Shown: positions 21,522 through 29,224 of the stretch, in pieces
How the letters are laid out: each line of letters starts with the position of its first letter
Position numbering within the stretch: position 1 is the first letter of the stretch
DNA from: an uncultured Acidobacteriota bacterium
GTDB lineage: Bacteria; Acidobacteriota; Terriglobia; Terriglobales; Acidobacteriaceae
DNA: 64,000 nucleotides
Direction: 5' to 3'
NCBI GenBank assembly: GCA_963700225.1
Contig: CAVOWU010000011.1
Span: 758 to 64,757 of the forward strand
Translations under genes and position numbers: made by a program
Notes under the pieces: model-generated
Told to the model about the DNA's origin: nothing
What the model saw: only the letters and a program-made list of their open reading frames with translations
Database searches by the model: none

Positions 21522-21812
21522 ATGAAAATGAAAAAACATTATCTCCATCTCTCGGTCTATCGTTGTGACAAGTGTGAAGGGCCGGTAGTGGCCGGATCGG
21601 TTGCTACGCGCGAAACCGAAATATCAAGAGAGACAGAGAAACGAGCGGTCGGAGCAATCTGTATCTCGTGTGGCTATCGACAAAGTGCGGCGGCCGAGGG
21701 AATGCCGGTGCGTCATTTGTTGCCGATGGACTGGCCACCTGCAGGTGGAACCAACGCTAGCAAGTTGGTTGCAGATTTCGCGGAAGCCCTCAATCGCTCA
21801 GAACTTCATTAG
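21522..21812 (+). CDS. Hypothetical small zinc-ribbon protein (96 aa)
   Basis: ATG 21522 within ORF 21495..21812. MKMKKHYLHLSVYRCDKCEGPV...AICISCGYRQ has two CxxC pairs. Confidence 0.45.
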   Translation: MKMKKHYLHLSVYRCDKCEGPVVAGSVATRETEISRETEKRAVGAICISCGYRQSAAAEGMPVRHLLPMDWPPAGGTNASKLVADFAEALNRSELH

Positions 21813-21948
21813 CAGCCCTGAACGCGCGGCTGCGTCGGAACCATGGGCACAACAACGCCACGGTCAACAACGAACGAGCCGAGAAGTCTCCGGAAGAAAA
21901 AACGGAAGCGGCCAGCGGCATCTAAGCTCAAGGCTTCAGAGGACCAGG

Positions 21949-22182
21949 ATGATTCAAAACCCGAGCACCACCCTAGTTGGGACTGTTGAAAAGATCATCA
22001 AACCGCTTGTTCCGAGCGAACCTGAAAGAGCTCAGATTGTCGTCGAAGGAGCCGACCACCTTTATAAGGAACTCCGTATCGAAAATACGCTCACTGATGC
22101 AGGTGGCAACAAGGTTCATTTGATACCGGGGGCAAGGGTACAAGTCACACTGGAAGCGGAATCTCGAGGAGTTACTACGTGA
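21949..22182 (+). CDS. Hypothetical small protein (77 aa)
   Basis: ATG 21949 follows GAGGA, inside ORF 21601..22182. MIQNPSTTLVGTVEKIIKPLVPSEPERAQIVVEGADHLYKELRIEN... has a natural-looking composition, whereas the upstream part of the ORF is Arg/Ser-rich junk. Confidence 0.5.
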   Translation: MIQNPSTTLVGTVEKIIKPLVPSEPERAQIVVEGADHLYKELRIENTLTDAGGNKVHLIPGARVQVTLEAESRGVTT

Positions 22183-22258
22183 CGAAGTCCAAGGATTGAC
22201 GACCGAACATGGGCGCTCAAGTCTAATGTTTCGGAGACGGCCTTCTTCTTTGTCGACT

Positions 22259-22936
22259 CTAGTCGTGCAGAACCACGTTGAGCAGCGAGCTGTGAACCTG
22301 AAGCGCGCCTTCCGAGCCGCCAGCGTAGTGAATGAATCCCAGCTTCCTGAACCGGTTCATAAAGAAGCTGACTCGCGAACGGGTGGTCCCAACCATCTCA
22401 GCCAACGTTTCCTGACTAATCTTCGGAACCACGGTTTCGGGGATGCCTTCCTTGCCAAAGCGAGCGAGCAATAGCAGGACGCGAGCCAGGCGTTTCTCGC
22501 TGGAGTTAAACAGCTGATCAACAAGATCCTCTTCGTATCGGATATTCCGAGCGAGCAAATAGGCTACGAACATTTCCGAAAGCGCGGGTTCCCGATGAAG
22601 AGCATCCATCATTGTCTTTTTCTCGACCCGCAAGATCTCGCAATCCGACATGGCGGCGGCGGAACCCATTCTTAGCAATTGTCCCGCAAGCGCGCCTTCT
22701 CCAAAAAAATTCCCCTGGTTGACGATGGCGATCGTTGCTTCCTTGCCGATCTTGGATACCACGGAGAGCCGGACTCTGCCCTTTTGCACATAGAAGATGG
22801 CGTCCGCGTCGTCCCCTTGCGCAAAGATGATTTGCTTCTTCGGAATTGCAAGGATCTTCCTACCCTCGCCAATCGTCGCGAGAAAAGTGTCGGGGTCGAA
22901 AGCGCCGTTCTTCCTGGCTGCCACGGTAGGAGGCAT
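22259..22936 (-). CDS. Crp/Fnr-family transcriptional regulator
   Basis: cNMP-binding beta-roll (IFAQGDDADAIFYVQKGRVRLS, FFGEGAL) plus a C-terminal HTH (SQETLAEMVGTTRSRVSFFMNRF). Confidence 0.9.
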   Translation of the reverse strand: MPPTVAARKNGAFDPDTFLATIGEGRKILAIPKKQIIFAQGDDADAIFYVQKGRVRLSVVSKIGKEATIAIVNQGNFFGEGALAGQLLRMGSAAAMSDCEILRVEKKTMMDALHREPALSEMFVAYLLARNIRYEEDLVDQLFNSSEKRLARVLLLLARFGKEGIPETVVPKISQETLAEMVGTTRSRVSFFMNRFRKLGFIHYAGGSEGALQVHSSLLNVVLHD

Positions 22937-23103
22937 CTGGTTTGAGTATAGTCCCCGGAGGGCAGAATCTTACGGAATTGCAGTTTGGCGGGGGATGTCA
23001 GGGAGTGCATAACCAGTGCTTCGCCGCTACGGTGGTCACTTTTGAACAGTTTTCGTTCCCCCGGAAGTCCATTCTCGGTGCAGCGCTACGGACAGACAAC
23101 CTT

Positions 23104-23535
23104 ATGGCAACCGCAGTCCATGTCGGCACGATTCTGATGAAAGAGTGGGCAGGAATGCCAGAGAACCTTGGTCTTGAAATCGAACCCTGCTCCGGAGATT
23201 GGAGCGCGATCAAGGTCCTGGATGGCTTCGCACTCGATCGCAAGATTCATGCGGCCGGATGGAACTTCTTTTTCATGGCGACCGAGGTCAAGGTCATGTT
23301 CTTTGGAGCGCTTGGAGCCGGGAAGATGCAGAGTGCCTTGGGACGGATTCTAGCCAAGGTGAAATCGCAAAACTTCAACAGCCTCGAAGTCACGGCCATC
23401 GTCGCACGGCGTTTCTTCGGCGTGCCCTACGTGACCGTTTCCGCGCACTCCCGGCATATGCAACAGAGCTGTAATCTCGACAGCCATGAGGCCCGCCGAA
23501 CCTCTCAAAGCAACGCTGCCTGGGCAAAAGGCTGA
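23104..23535 (+). CDS. Hypothetical protein (143 aa)
   Basis: ATG 23104 within ORF 22942..23535, divergent from crp/fnr. I recognise no family. Confidence 0.5.
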   Translation: MATAVHVGTILMKEWAGMPENLGLEIEPCSGDWSAIKVLDGFALDRKIHAAGWNFFFMATEVKVMFFGALGAGKMQSALGRILAKVKSQNFNSLEVTAIVARRFFGVPYVTVSAHSRHMQQSCNLDSHEARRTSQSNAAWAKG

Positions 23536-23562
23536 GGCTGACAGGTCTCAGAGGAGTGATTT

Positions 23563-24009
23563 ATGAATTCTGACGCGAACCCGAACCTCGAGCGAACCCT
23601 CGAGTCCGCAGTTGTGATGTGCTGGAAAGACTTGATGCGCGGCGCACAAGCCGGCTTGATCCACATTGAATACAGCTTTCTTCCAAGCGGCTCATTGGAT
23701 TATCTGAAGATCTGGTCTTCTATTACGCGAGGCCACTGGCTCCTGGCATGTGAGTACTGGGGGTCGGCCAATACGTTTCACGAAACCGGCGTCCGATTCG
23801 ACAATGGCTACGAGTCCGAAGAACTGGCGCACATTCTGGAATCCGTGATGCAACATCAAAACTCGTTCGTGCTCCCCGAGAACCTCGGCCGGCAGGGATT
23901 ACTCCAGATTTCAGCTCCTACCGCGGAGGAAAGCACAGCCGCCGAGGGGATGATCAATGATGCCTTCCTCCATCTCTCCCTGCCGCTCTTAAAGCCTGCG
24001 GCTGCGTAG
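23563..24009 (+). CDS. Hypothetical protein (148 aa)
   Basis: ATG preceded by GAGGAG, 27 nt after the previous stop. I recognise no family. Confidence 0.6.
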   Translation: MNSDANPNLERTLESAVVMCWKDLMRGAQAGLIHIEYSFLPSGSLDYLKIWSSITRGHWLLACEYWGSANTFHETGVRFDNGYESEELAHILESVMQHQNSFVLPENLGRQGLLQISAPTAEESTAAEGMINDAFLHLSLPLLKPAAA

Positions 24010-24025
24010 GGTTCTCGGCTATAAA

Positions 24026-24175
24026 TTAGGTCTCCTTCGACGCTATGCGGCGGTCCCGATGTGGTTCAGTGCGGGGCAGTCCCGTGCTGAGCTCGCACTT
24101 TTCGCCCCGTTTGGCTCCGCATGTCGGACAACTTACGCTCAGGGCCTGCTCCGCTTTGTTTTTCTTGGCTTTCAT
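24026..24175 (-). CDS. Possible 49-aa basic zinc-ribbon-like micro-protein
   Basis: Below the ORF-track cutoff, translated by eye: MKAKKNKAEQALSVSCPTCGAKRGEKCELSTGLPRTEPHRDRRIASKET. AAGGTG lies 6 nt upstream. Convergent with the 148-aa gene. Confidence 0.35.
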   Translation of the reverse strand: MKAKKNKAEQALSVSCPTCGAKRGEKCELSTGLPRTEPHRDRRIASKET

Positions 24176-24349
24176 GGCTACACCTTGCATGGAAGCTCGC
24201 CAATAAGATGGTCAATTTTGACCATCGCGAAAACCCGTGCAGGGCGCATCATCGACAGAGGTGGAATGCTGGGGGCGCCATAGGTTGTGGTTCTGCATTT
24301 GCGTGAGCTGGATTCTGAGTTTCGAGACGAGTTTTGTTGGGGGCAATGA

Positions 24350-24517
24350 ATGTTTAATCAAGTGGCTGCCGACGCAGACAAATCTCTCGAACTACTACTG
24401 CCCGAAACGCCATATAAGCCATACTCCGAGAATCCTGGGCTATCTGAGCCTCCGTACAAGCCTTACGCCGAAAAGCCTGAGCCCGGATCTCCCTACGAGC
24501 CCTACAAAGGCATGTAG
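24350..24517 (+). CDS. Possible 55-aa Pro/Tyr-repeat micro-protein (P-Y-x-P-Y x3)
   Basis: Below the ORF-track cutoff, translated by eye: MFNQVAADADKSLELLLPETPYKPYSENPGLSEPPYKPYAEKPEPGSPYEPYKGM. A G-rich stretch precedes the ATG. Confidence 0.3.
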   Translation: MFNQVAADADKSLELLLPETPYKPYSENPGLSEPPYKPYAEKPEPGSPYEPYKGM

Positions 24518-24564
24518 TCGCGGATCTGCAATTGTTCTTATCCTTTGAGTGAACAGGAAAAATC

Positions 24565-24774
24565 ATGAACAACATCAAGTTCGTTGTAAAAGTAAACCAT
24601 CGTGGAACCCGTGCCCCTGCTTACGTACAGAGCATTGCCCGGATGCCTTTCCAGATGACAACCAATCTCAAGTTGGCGCTCATGATGGGCAAATTCGCGG
24701 CCGAAGACGCGGCGAAGGCCGTCCAGAATTCTCAGCGCACTCCGGAGTTGGTGCCGGTACGAGTGCATGGCTAG
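24565..24774 (+). CDS. Hypothetical small protein (69 aa)
   Basis: ATG preceded by AGGAAAAA. Its composition looks natural, unlike the overlapping 158-aa ORF 24549..25025. Confidence 0.5.
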   Translation: MNNIKFVVKVNHRGTRAPAYVQSIARMPFQMTTNLKLALMMGKFAAEDAAKAVQNSQRTPELVPVRVHG

Positions 24775-25032
24775 TCGCAGCAGGGGCTGCGCATTCTGCG
24801 GAATCGATCGCCCAACATTTGCGATCGCAGGCGCGACTGGTCAATTTTGATCAGTACTCAAGTCCACTGCCGTTGAATACTGGCAACAGAAGAAATCCAC
24901 CGGTGGATGCAATACCAGATCAGGAACAAACGCACCGAGGCCGGGCATCTGGTCTCAAAGGTGAGCGCTCGCTTGCCATGATCGGGAGAGCGGCCTTTCG
25001 TCGCGGTTTCCCAAACAGTTCTTAGAGGGGCG

Positions 25033-27420
25033 ATGTCTCTACCAAGCACAGTGCACCCAAAGGCTCTCCTACAAGTTGTCGGCCGTCCGCTGGTTCGCGA
25101 GGAAGCCGTACCGCTCAGGATTCGACCGCCATCGAAGGTATCCCTGCCCAGCCGAATCGCAGTGATCGGCAACTATCTTCCGCGCCATTGTGGAATCGCC
25201 ACGTTCACCACAGATTTATGCACTGCAATTTCAGCAGAATACGGCACGGCGCGCTTGCTGGCGCTTCCGGTCAATGACACCGAAGAAGGGTACGACTATC
25301 CCGCCAGGGTACGATGGTCTCTCTCCCAGGACGACATCGCGTCGTACCAACAAGCAGCCGAATTTCTGAATTTCAACAACATCGACATGGTGTGCCTGCA
25401 GCATGAGTATGGAATCTTCGGTGGTCCGGCAGGAAGCCACATTCTGCATTTGCTGCGCGGACTGAAGATGCCCGTCGTGACGACCCTGCATACGGTTCTG
25501 CGCGAGCCAGACCCCAACCAACTGATGGTCATGGAGGAAATCGCAACGCTTTCCGACCGGCTTATCGTGATGAGCCAGTTGTCGTCTCAATTCCTGCAGG
25601 AAATCTTCAAGGTTCCTGGTGACAAGATCGACATAGTTCCGCATGGAGTTCCGGACCTGCCATTTCTGGATCCGAATTTTTACAAGGACCGATTTGCGGT
25701 CGAAGGGAAAGCAGTTCTGCTGACGTTCGGTCTGCTCTCGCCGAATAAAGGCATCGAGAACGTAATCCAAGCTTTGCCGCAGATTCTCTCCAAACATAAG
25801 AATGTTGCCTATGTCGTCGCAGGCGCGACTCATCCTCACATTTTGCGCCGCGAAGGTGAGAAGTATCGGGCCAGTTTGCAGGCATTAGCAAAGGAAATCG
25901 GGGTGGAATCGCAAGTGATCTTCCACGACCGTTTCGTGAGCCCGGAGGAGATGGTCGAGTTCATCGGCGCTGCCGACATTTACATCACTCCGTATCGCCA
26001 CGAAGCTCAGGTGGTTTCTGGAACCCTCGCCTATGCCCTGGGTGCGGGTAAGGCGATCATCTCGACTCCATATTGGCATGCGATCGAACTGCTGGACGAC
26101 CGCAGAGGAGCGCTCGTCCCATTCCAGAATCCCGAGGCAATCGCACTAAAAACAATTGAACTGCTTGACACCCCGGCGACTCGTCATGCCATGCGCAAAC
26201 GCGCCTACCTGTTTGGACGCGAAATGGTGTGGAAACAAGTAGCGCAAGGCTATATGGCGAGTTTTGCCCAGGCCCGCAGCAACCGCATGGCAGCTCCAAG
26301 AGTTCAGTTCGCAGCTCGAATGATTTCCAAGTCGTTAGATCAGTTGCCGGAATTGAACTTGAATCACCTGAATCGTCTAACCGACGACACCGGGATGTTG
26401 CAGCATTCGATCTTCACGATCCCGAACCGGCGGGAGGGATACACCACCGACGACAACGCCCGGGCTCTCATTTTTTCGGTTCTGTTAGGGCAGGTCGAAA
26501 AGCATCAGAGCGGCAGCGTGAGTCCATCCACGGAAACGTCGGCTCTGCGGTATGCGGCATTCCTGGAACACGCCTTTAACCCCTCGAAGGGGAGATTCAA
26601 GAATTTCCTCCGCTACGATCGGCGATGGAACGAACCTGTCGGTTCCGAAGACTCCCATGGGCGTGCATTGTGGGCTCTGGGAACCGTTCTAGGCCGATCC
26701 CAAGATCAGGGATTGAGGGGCGCTGCCGGCCGCTTGTTCGAGTTTTCGTTACCTGCGGTGTTGGAGTTCCACAGTCCCCGGGCGTGGGCGTATGGCCTGC
26801 TTGGGATTCAGGGATACCTGGACTCGTATCCTGGCGATCGAGACGCGCAAAAGATGCGATCTGCTCTCAGTCGACGGCTTGTCGACATGTATGACTCTGT
26901 CCAGCGGTCGGATTGGAAATGGTTCGAGAATGTGGTTGCTTACGGAAATGCGAGATTGCCGCAAGCCCTGCTGCTCGTCGGCGCAGCATGTTCGGACGAC
27001 CGTATGGTTTCCCACGGCCTGGAATCCCTGGGTTGGCTGCTTGAAGTGCAGCGCTGCGAGACGAATGGCCATTTTGTCCCGATCGGTTCACAGGGATTCT
27101 GTCATCAAGGCGGCGAGAAAGCTCGCTTCGATCAGCAGCCGATTGAAGCCGCGGGTGCGGTGTCTGCTTGTTTGCAGGCATACCGAGTGACGAATGACAG
27201 GCGCTGGCGCAACGAAGCGTGGTCGGCGTTTAACTGGTTCCTCGGCGACAACGATCTTCAACTTCCTCTCTATGACTCGGTGACCGGGGGCTGCCGGGAC
27301 GGCCTGCACCCCGACCGCGCCAATGAAAACCAGGGAGCGGAATCAACGCTGTCGTTCCTGATGGCACTCCTCGAAATGCGATCTCTCCAAGAGCCCGAAC
27401 AAAAGGAAATCCTTTCATGA
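25033..27420 (+). CDS. GT4-family glycosyltransferase fused to a ~370-aa uncharacterised C-terminal domain
   Basis: The N-terminal half is GT-B/GT4-like (IAVIGNYLPRHCGIATFT, HEYGIFGG, ...EAQVVSGTLAYALGAGKAIIST resembling the EX7E region). I do not recognise the C-terminal half (GYTTDDNARALIFSVLL, GRALWALGTVLG). Confidence 0.85.
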   Translation: MSLPSTVHPKALLQVVGRPLVREEAVPLRIRPPSKVSLPSRIAVIGNYLPRHCGIATFTTDLCTAISAEYGTARLLALPVNDTEEGYDYPARVRWSLSQDDIASYQQAAEFLNFNNIDMVCLQHEYGIFGGPAGSHILHLLRGLKMPVVTTLHTVLREPDPNQLMVMEEIATLSDRLIVMSQLSSQFLQEIFKVPGDKIDIVPHGVPDLPFLDPNFYKDRFAVEGKAVLLTFGLLSPNKGIENVIQALPQILSKHKNVAYVVAGATHPHILRREGEKYRASLQALAKEIGVESQVIFHDRFVSPEEMVEFIGAADIYITPYRHEAQVVSGTLAYALGAGKAIISTPYWHAIELLDDRRGALVPFQNPEAIALKTIELLDTPATRHAMRKRAYLFGREMVWKQVAQGYMASFAQARSNRMAAPRVQFAARMISKSLDQLPELNLNHLNRLTDDTGMLQHSIFTIPNRREGYTTDDNARALIFSVLLGQVEKHQSGSVSPSTETSALRYAAFLEHAFNPSKGRFKNFLRYDRRWNEPVGSEDSHGRALWALGTVLGRSQDQGLRGAAGRLFEFSLPAVLEFHSPRAWAYGLLGIQGYLDSYPGDRDAQKMRSALSRRLVDMYDSVQRSDWKWFENVVAYGNARLPQALLLVGAACSDDRMVSHGLESLGWLLEVQRCETNGHFVPIGSQGFCHQGGEKARFDQQPIEAAGAVSACLQAYRVTNDRRWRNEAWSAFNWFLGDNDLQLPLYDSVTGGCRDGLHPDRANENQGAESTLSFLMALLEMRSLQEPEQKEILS

Positions 27421-28424
27421 CTGTACCCGTCGAAAAGCAGGTCGGCCTGCTGAACACTCGCTTCGAACCGCTGCTTCATCGTCATCCCGCAAACCCGATC
27501 CTCTCGAGTAAAGATTGGCCATATCCCATTAACAGTGTCTTCAATGCGGGTGCAACGCTACTCGCAGACGGCACCACCCTGCTTCTCTGCCGAGTTGAGG
27601 ATCGCCGCGGCTTGTCGCACTTGTGCGCCGCGCGCTCTCGCAACGGCGTTGACGGATGGCAAATCGATGCCGAACCGACGTTAATGCCTGACCCGAAGCA
27701 CCATCCAGAAGAAATCTGGGGCATCGAAGATCCTCGCATCACATTCGTCCCGGAGCTACAGCAGTACGTCATCACCTATACCTCCTATTCGCGTGGTGGA
27801 CCCGGCGTATCACTAGCTCTAACAAAGGATTTCCGCGCGTTCGAGCGGTACGGCGTCATTATGCCGCCGGATGACAAAGATTCCGCGCTGCTGCCCCGGA
27901 GAATCGATGGTTGCTGGGCGCTGATTCATCGTCCGATGACGACGCTTGGGTCTCACATGTGGATTTCCTACTCTCCGGACCTGCGCTACTGGGGAAGGCA
28001 CAGACTCATGCTGGAAGCGCGTCGCGGCGCCTGGTGGGATGCCAACAAAATCGGTCTATCGCCGCCACCGATCGAGACTTCCCGGGGATGGCTCGTGTTC
28101 TATCACGGAGTACGGCATACGCCGTCAGGCTGTCTATATCGATTAGGCTTGGCGCTTTTCGATCTCGAGAATCCGGAGAAGTGCCTGCTCCGCGGAGACT
28201 CCTGGATTTTTGGGCCTGAAGCGTCGTACGAGCGCCACGGGGACGTGGATGACGTAGTTTTCCCGTGCGGATACACGATGGACGCCGACGGCGATACGCT
28301 CAACATCTATTACGGAGCTGCGGATTGTGCGATTGCGCTGGCGCGAGCCAGTGTGCGCTCACTACTGGAGTGGCTGGATGCCAACGGAAGCTGCGAACGC
28401 CGACAACGCGCGCAGGATTTATGA
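27417..28424 (+). CDS. GH130-family (DUF377) glycoside phosphorylase/hydrolase-like protein
   Basis: ATGA overlap with the GT4 gene. WGIEDPRITFV, LLPRRIDGCWALIHRP, SRGWLVFYHGV, YRLGLALFDLENP and NIYYGAADCAIALA are typical of the GH130 five-bladed propeller. Confidence 0.85.
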   Translation: MTVPVEKQVGLLNTRFEPLLHRHPANPILSSKDWPYPINSVFNAGATLLADGTTLLLCRVEDRRGLSHLCAARSRNGVDGWQIDAEPTLMPDPKHHPEEIWGIEDPRITFVPELQQYVITYTSYSRGGPGVSLALTKDFRAFERYGVIMPPDDKDSALLPRRIDGCWALIHRPMTTLGSHMWISYSPDLRYWGRHRLMLEARRGAWWDANKIGLSPPPIETSRGWLVFYHGVRHTPSGCLYRLGLALFDLENPEKCLLRGDSWIFGPEASYERHGDVDDVVFPCGYTMDADGDTLNIYYGAADCAIALARASVRSLLEWLDANGSCERRQRAQDL

Positions 28425-28624
28425 AACTTTTCTGGGGTATGTTCCAGTTCTTTTTTGGCTGCAGGCATCATCACCTCAGCCGTGTCTTCACGATCAAGCA
28501 CCGCACATATAAGGTCTGTTTCGATTGTGGCCGCGAATTCGATTTGCCTTCGGCGCACACACCCGTTCGGCGAGACCGCTCCCAGCGCACTCGCGTGGGA
28601 GCGAATCCTCATCGTGCAGCCTGA
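28421..28624 (+). CDS. Hypothetical 67-aa Cys/His zinc-ribbon-like protein, translationally coupled to GH130
   Basis: ATG 28421 overlaps the GH130 stop (ATGA). MKLFWGMFQFFFGCRHHHLSRVFTIKHRTYKVCFDCGREFDL... Confidence 0.5.
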   Translation: MKLFWGMFQFFFGCRHHHLSRVFTIKHRTYKVCFDCGREFDLPSAHTPVRRDRSQRTRVGANPHRAA

Positions 28625-28940
28625 AGGTTGCATTTCCTGGCCAATCGCTGCTCGAAACGTCGATTGATCCGATGTGAGCTATCTTGCTCAGACGGGTGGT
28701 TCCAGACCTGTCATTGTTGTTGTACTGAGTGTGAGTACGAGCTGCGACATCTGATTCGCTGCTCTCATTCTTAAGCCAGAGTCGAGGCCAATCAGCATTC
28801 TTCATCCGTGCATGCCGCCAAACCTTGCGGCGGAACACGATTCGACCCTAAAAGTTCAAATCGAAATCAAGGCTACACCTCAGCAGATGAGGGCGTTAGT
28901 CCGCGCAGCTTAGCTCGCGAAAAAAGGAAGGTCAACGATC

Positions 28941-29144
28941 ATGCCTTTAATTCAAATTCTGGAAGTTCTCATTGTGGTAGGTGTCCTGCTTTGGCTGGTG
29001 AACCGATTTATCCCCATGCAGGGTTCCATCAAGTCAATTCTCAACGGCGTTGTGGTCATTGCAGTGGTGTTGTGGCTTCTGAACGTATTCGGGCTCTTTC
29101 ATTCGCTGTCCCGGATCCACGTTGGAACGTTGTTGATCCCGTAG
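28941..29144 (+). CDS. Small two-TM membrane protein (resembles the 'Thivi_2564'-type family, from memory)
   Basis: 67 aa preceded by an AAGGAAGG RBS. MPLIQILEVLIVVGVLLWLVNRFIPMQGSIKSILNGVVVIAVVLWLLNVFG. Confidence 0.7.
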   Translation: MPLIQILEVLIVVGVLLWLVNRFIPMQGSIKSILNGVVVIAVVLWLLNVFGLFHSLSRIHVGTLLIP

Positions 29145-29224
29145 CAAGAAATCAGAACATGGCGCTGAATGACACAAGTCCGTCAACCAATGCATGGGGT
29201 GGGTATCCGCCTCAAGGAGTCATT

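Noticed and set aside
21601-21948. Upstream two-thirds of the 193-aa ORF 21601..22182
   Set aside because: It overlaps the 96-aa zinc-ribbon ORF in another frame and is Arg/Ser/Gln-rich. An internal ATG with a GAGGA RBS at 21949 gives a compact, plausible protein.
24549-25025. 158-aa ORF overlapping the 69-aa ORF
   Set aside because: It has Arg/Gly/Pro/Ser-rich, junk-like composition and runs through the intergenic region into the GT4 upstream sequence. The 69-aa frame has an RBS and a natural composition.
28808-29224. N-terminal 139-aa extension of the OmpA ORF (track start 28808)
   Set aside because: The extension overlaps the well-formed small membrane gene 28941..29144 in another frame and has junk-like composition. 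A strong RBS plus TTG at 29225 gives a canonical signal peptide.
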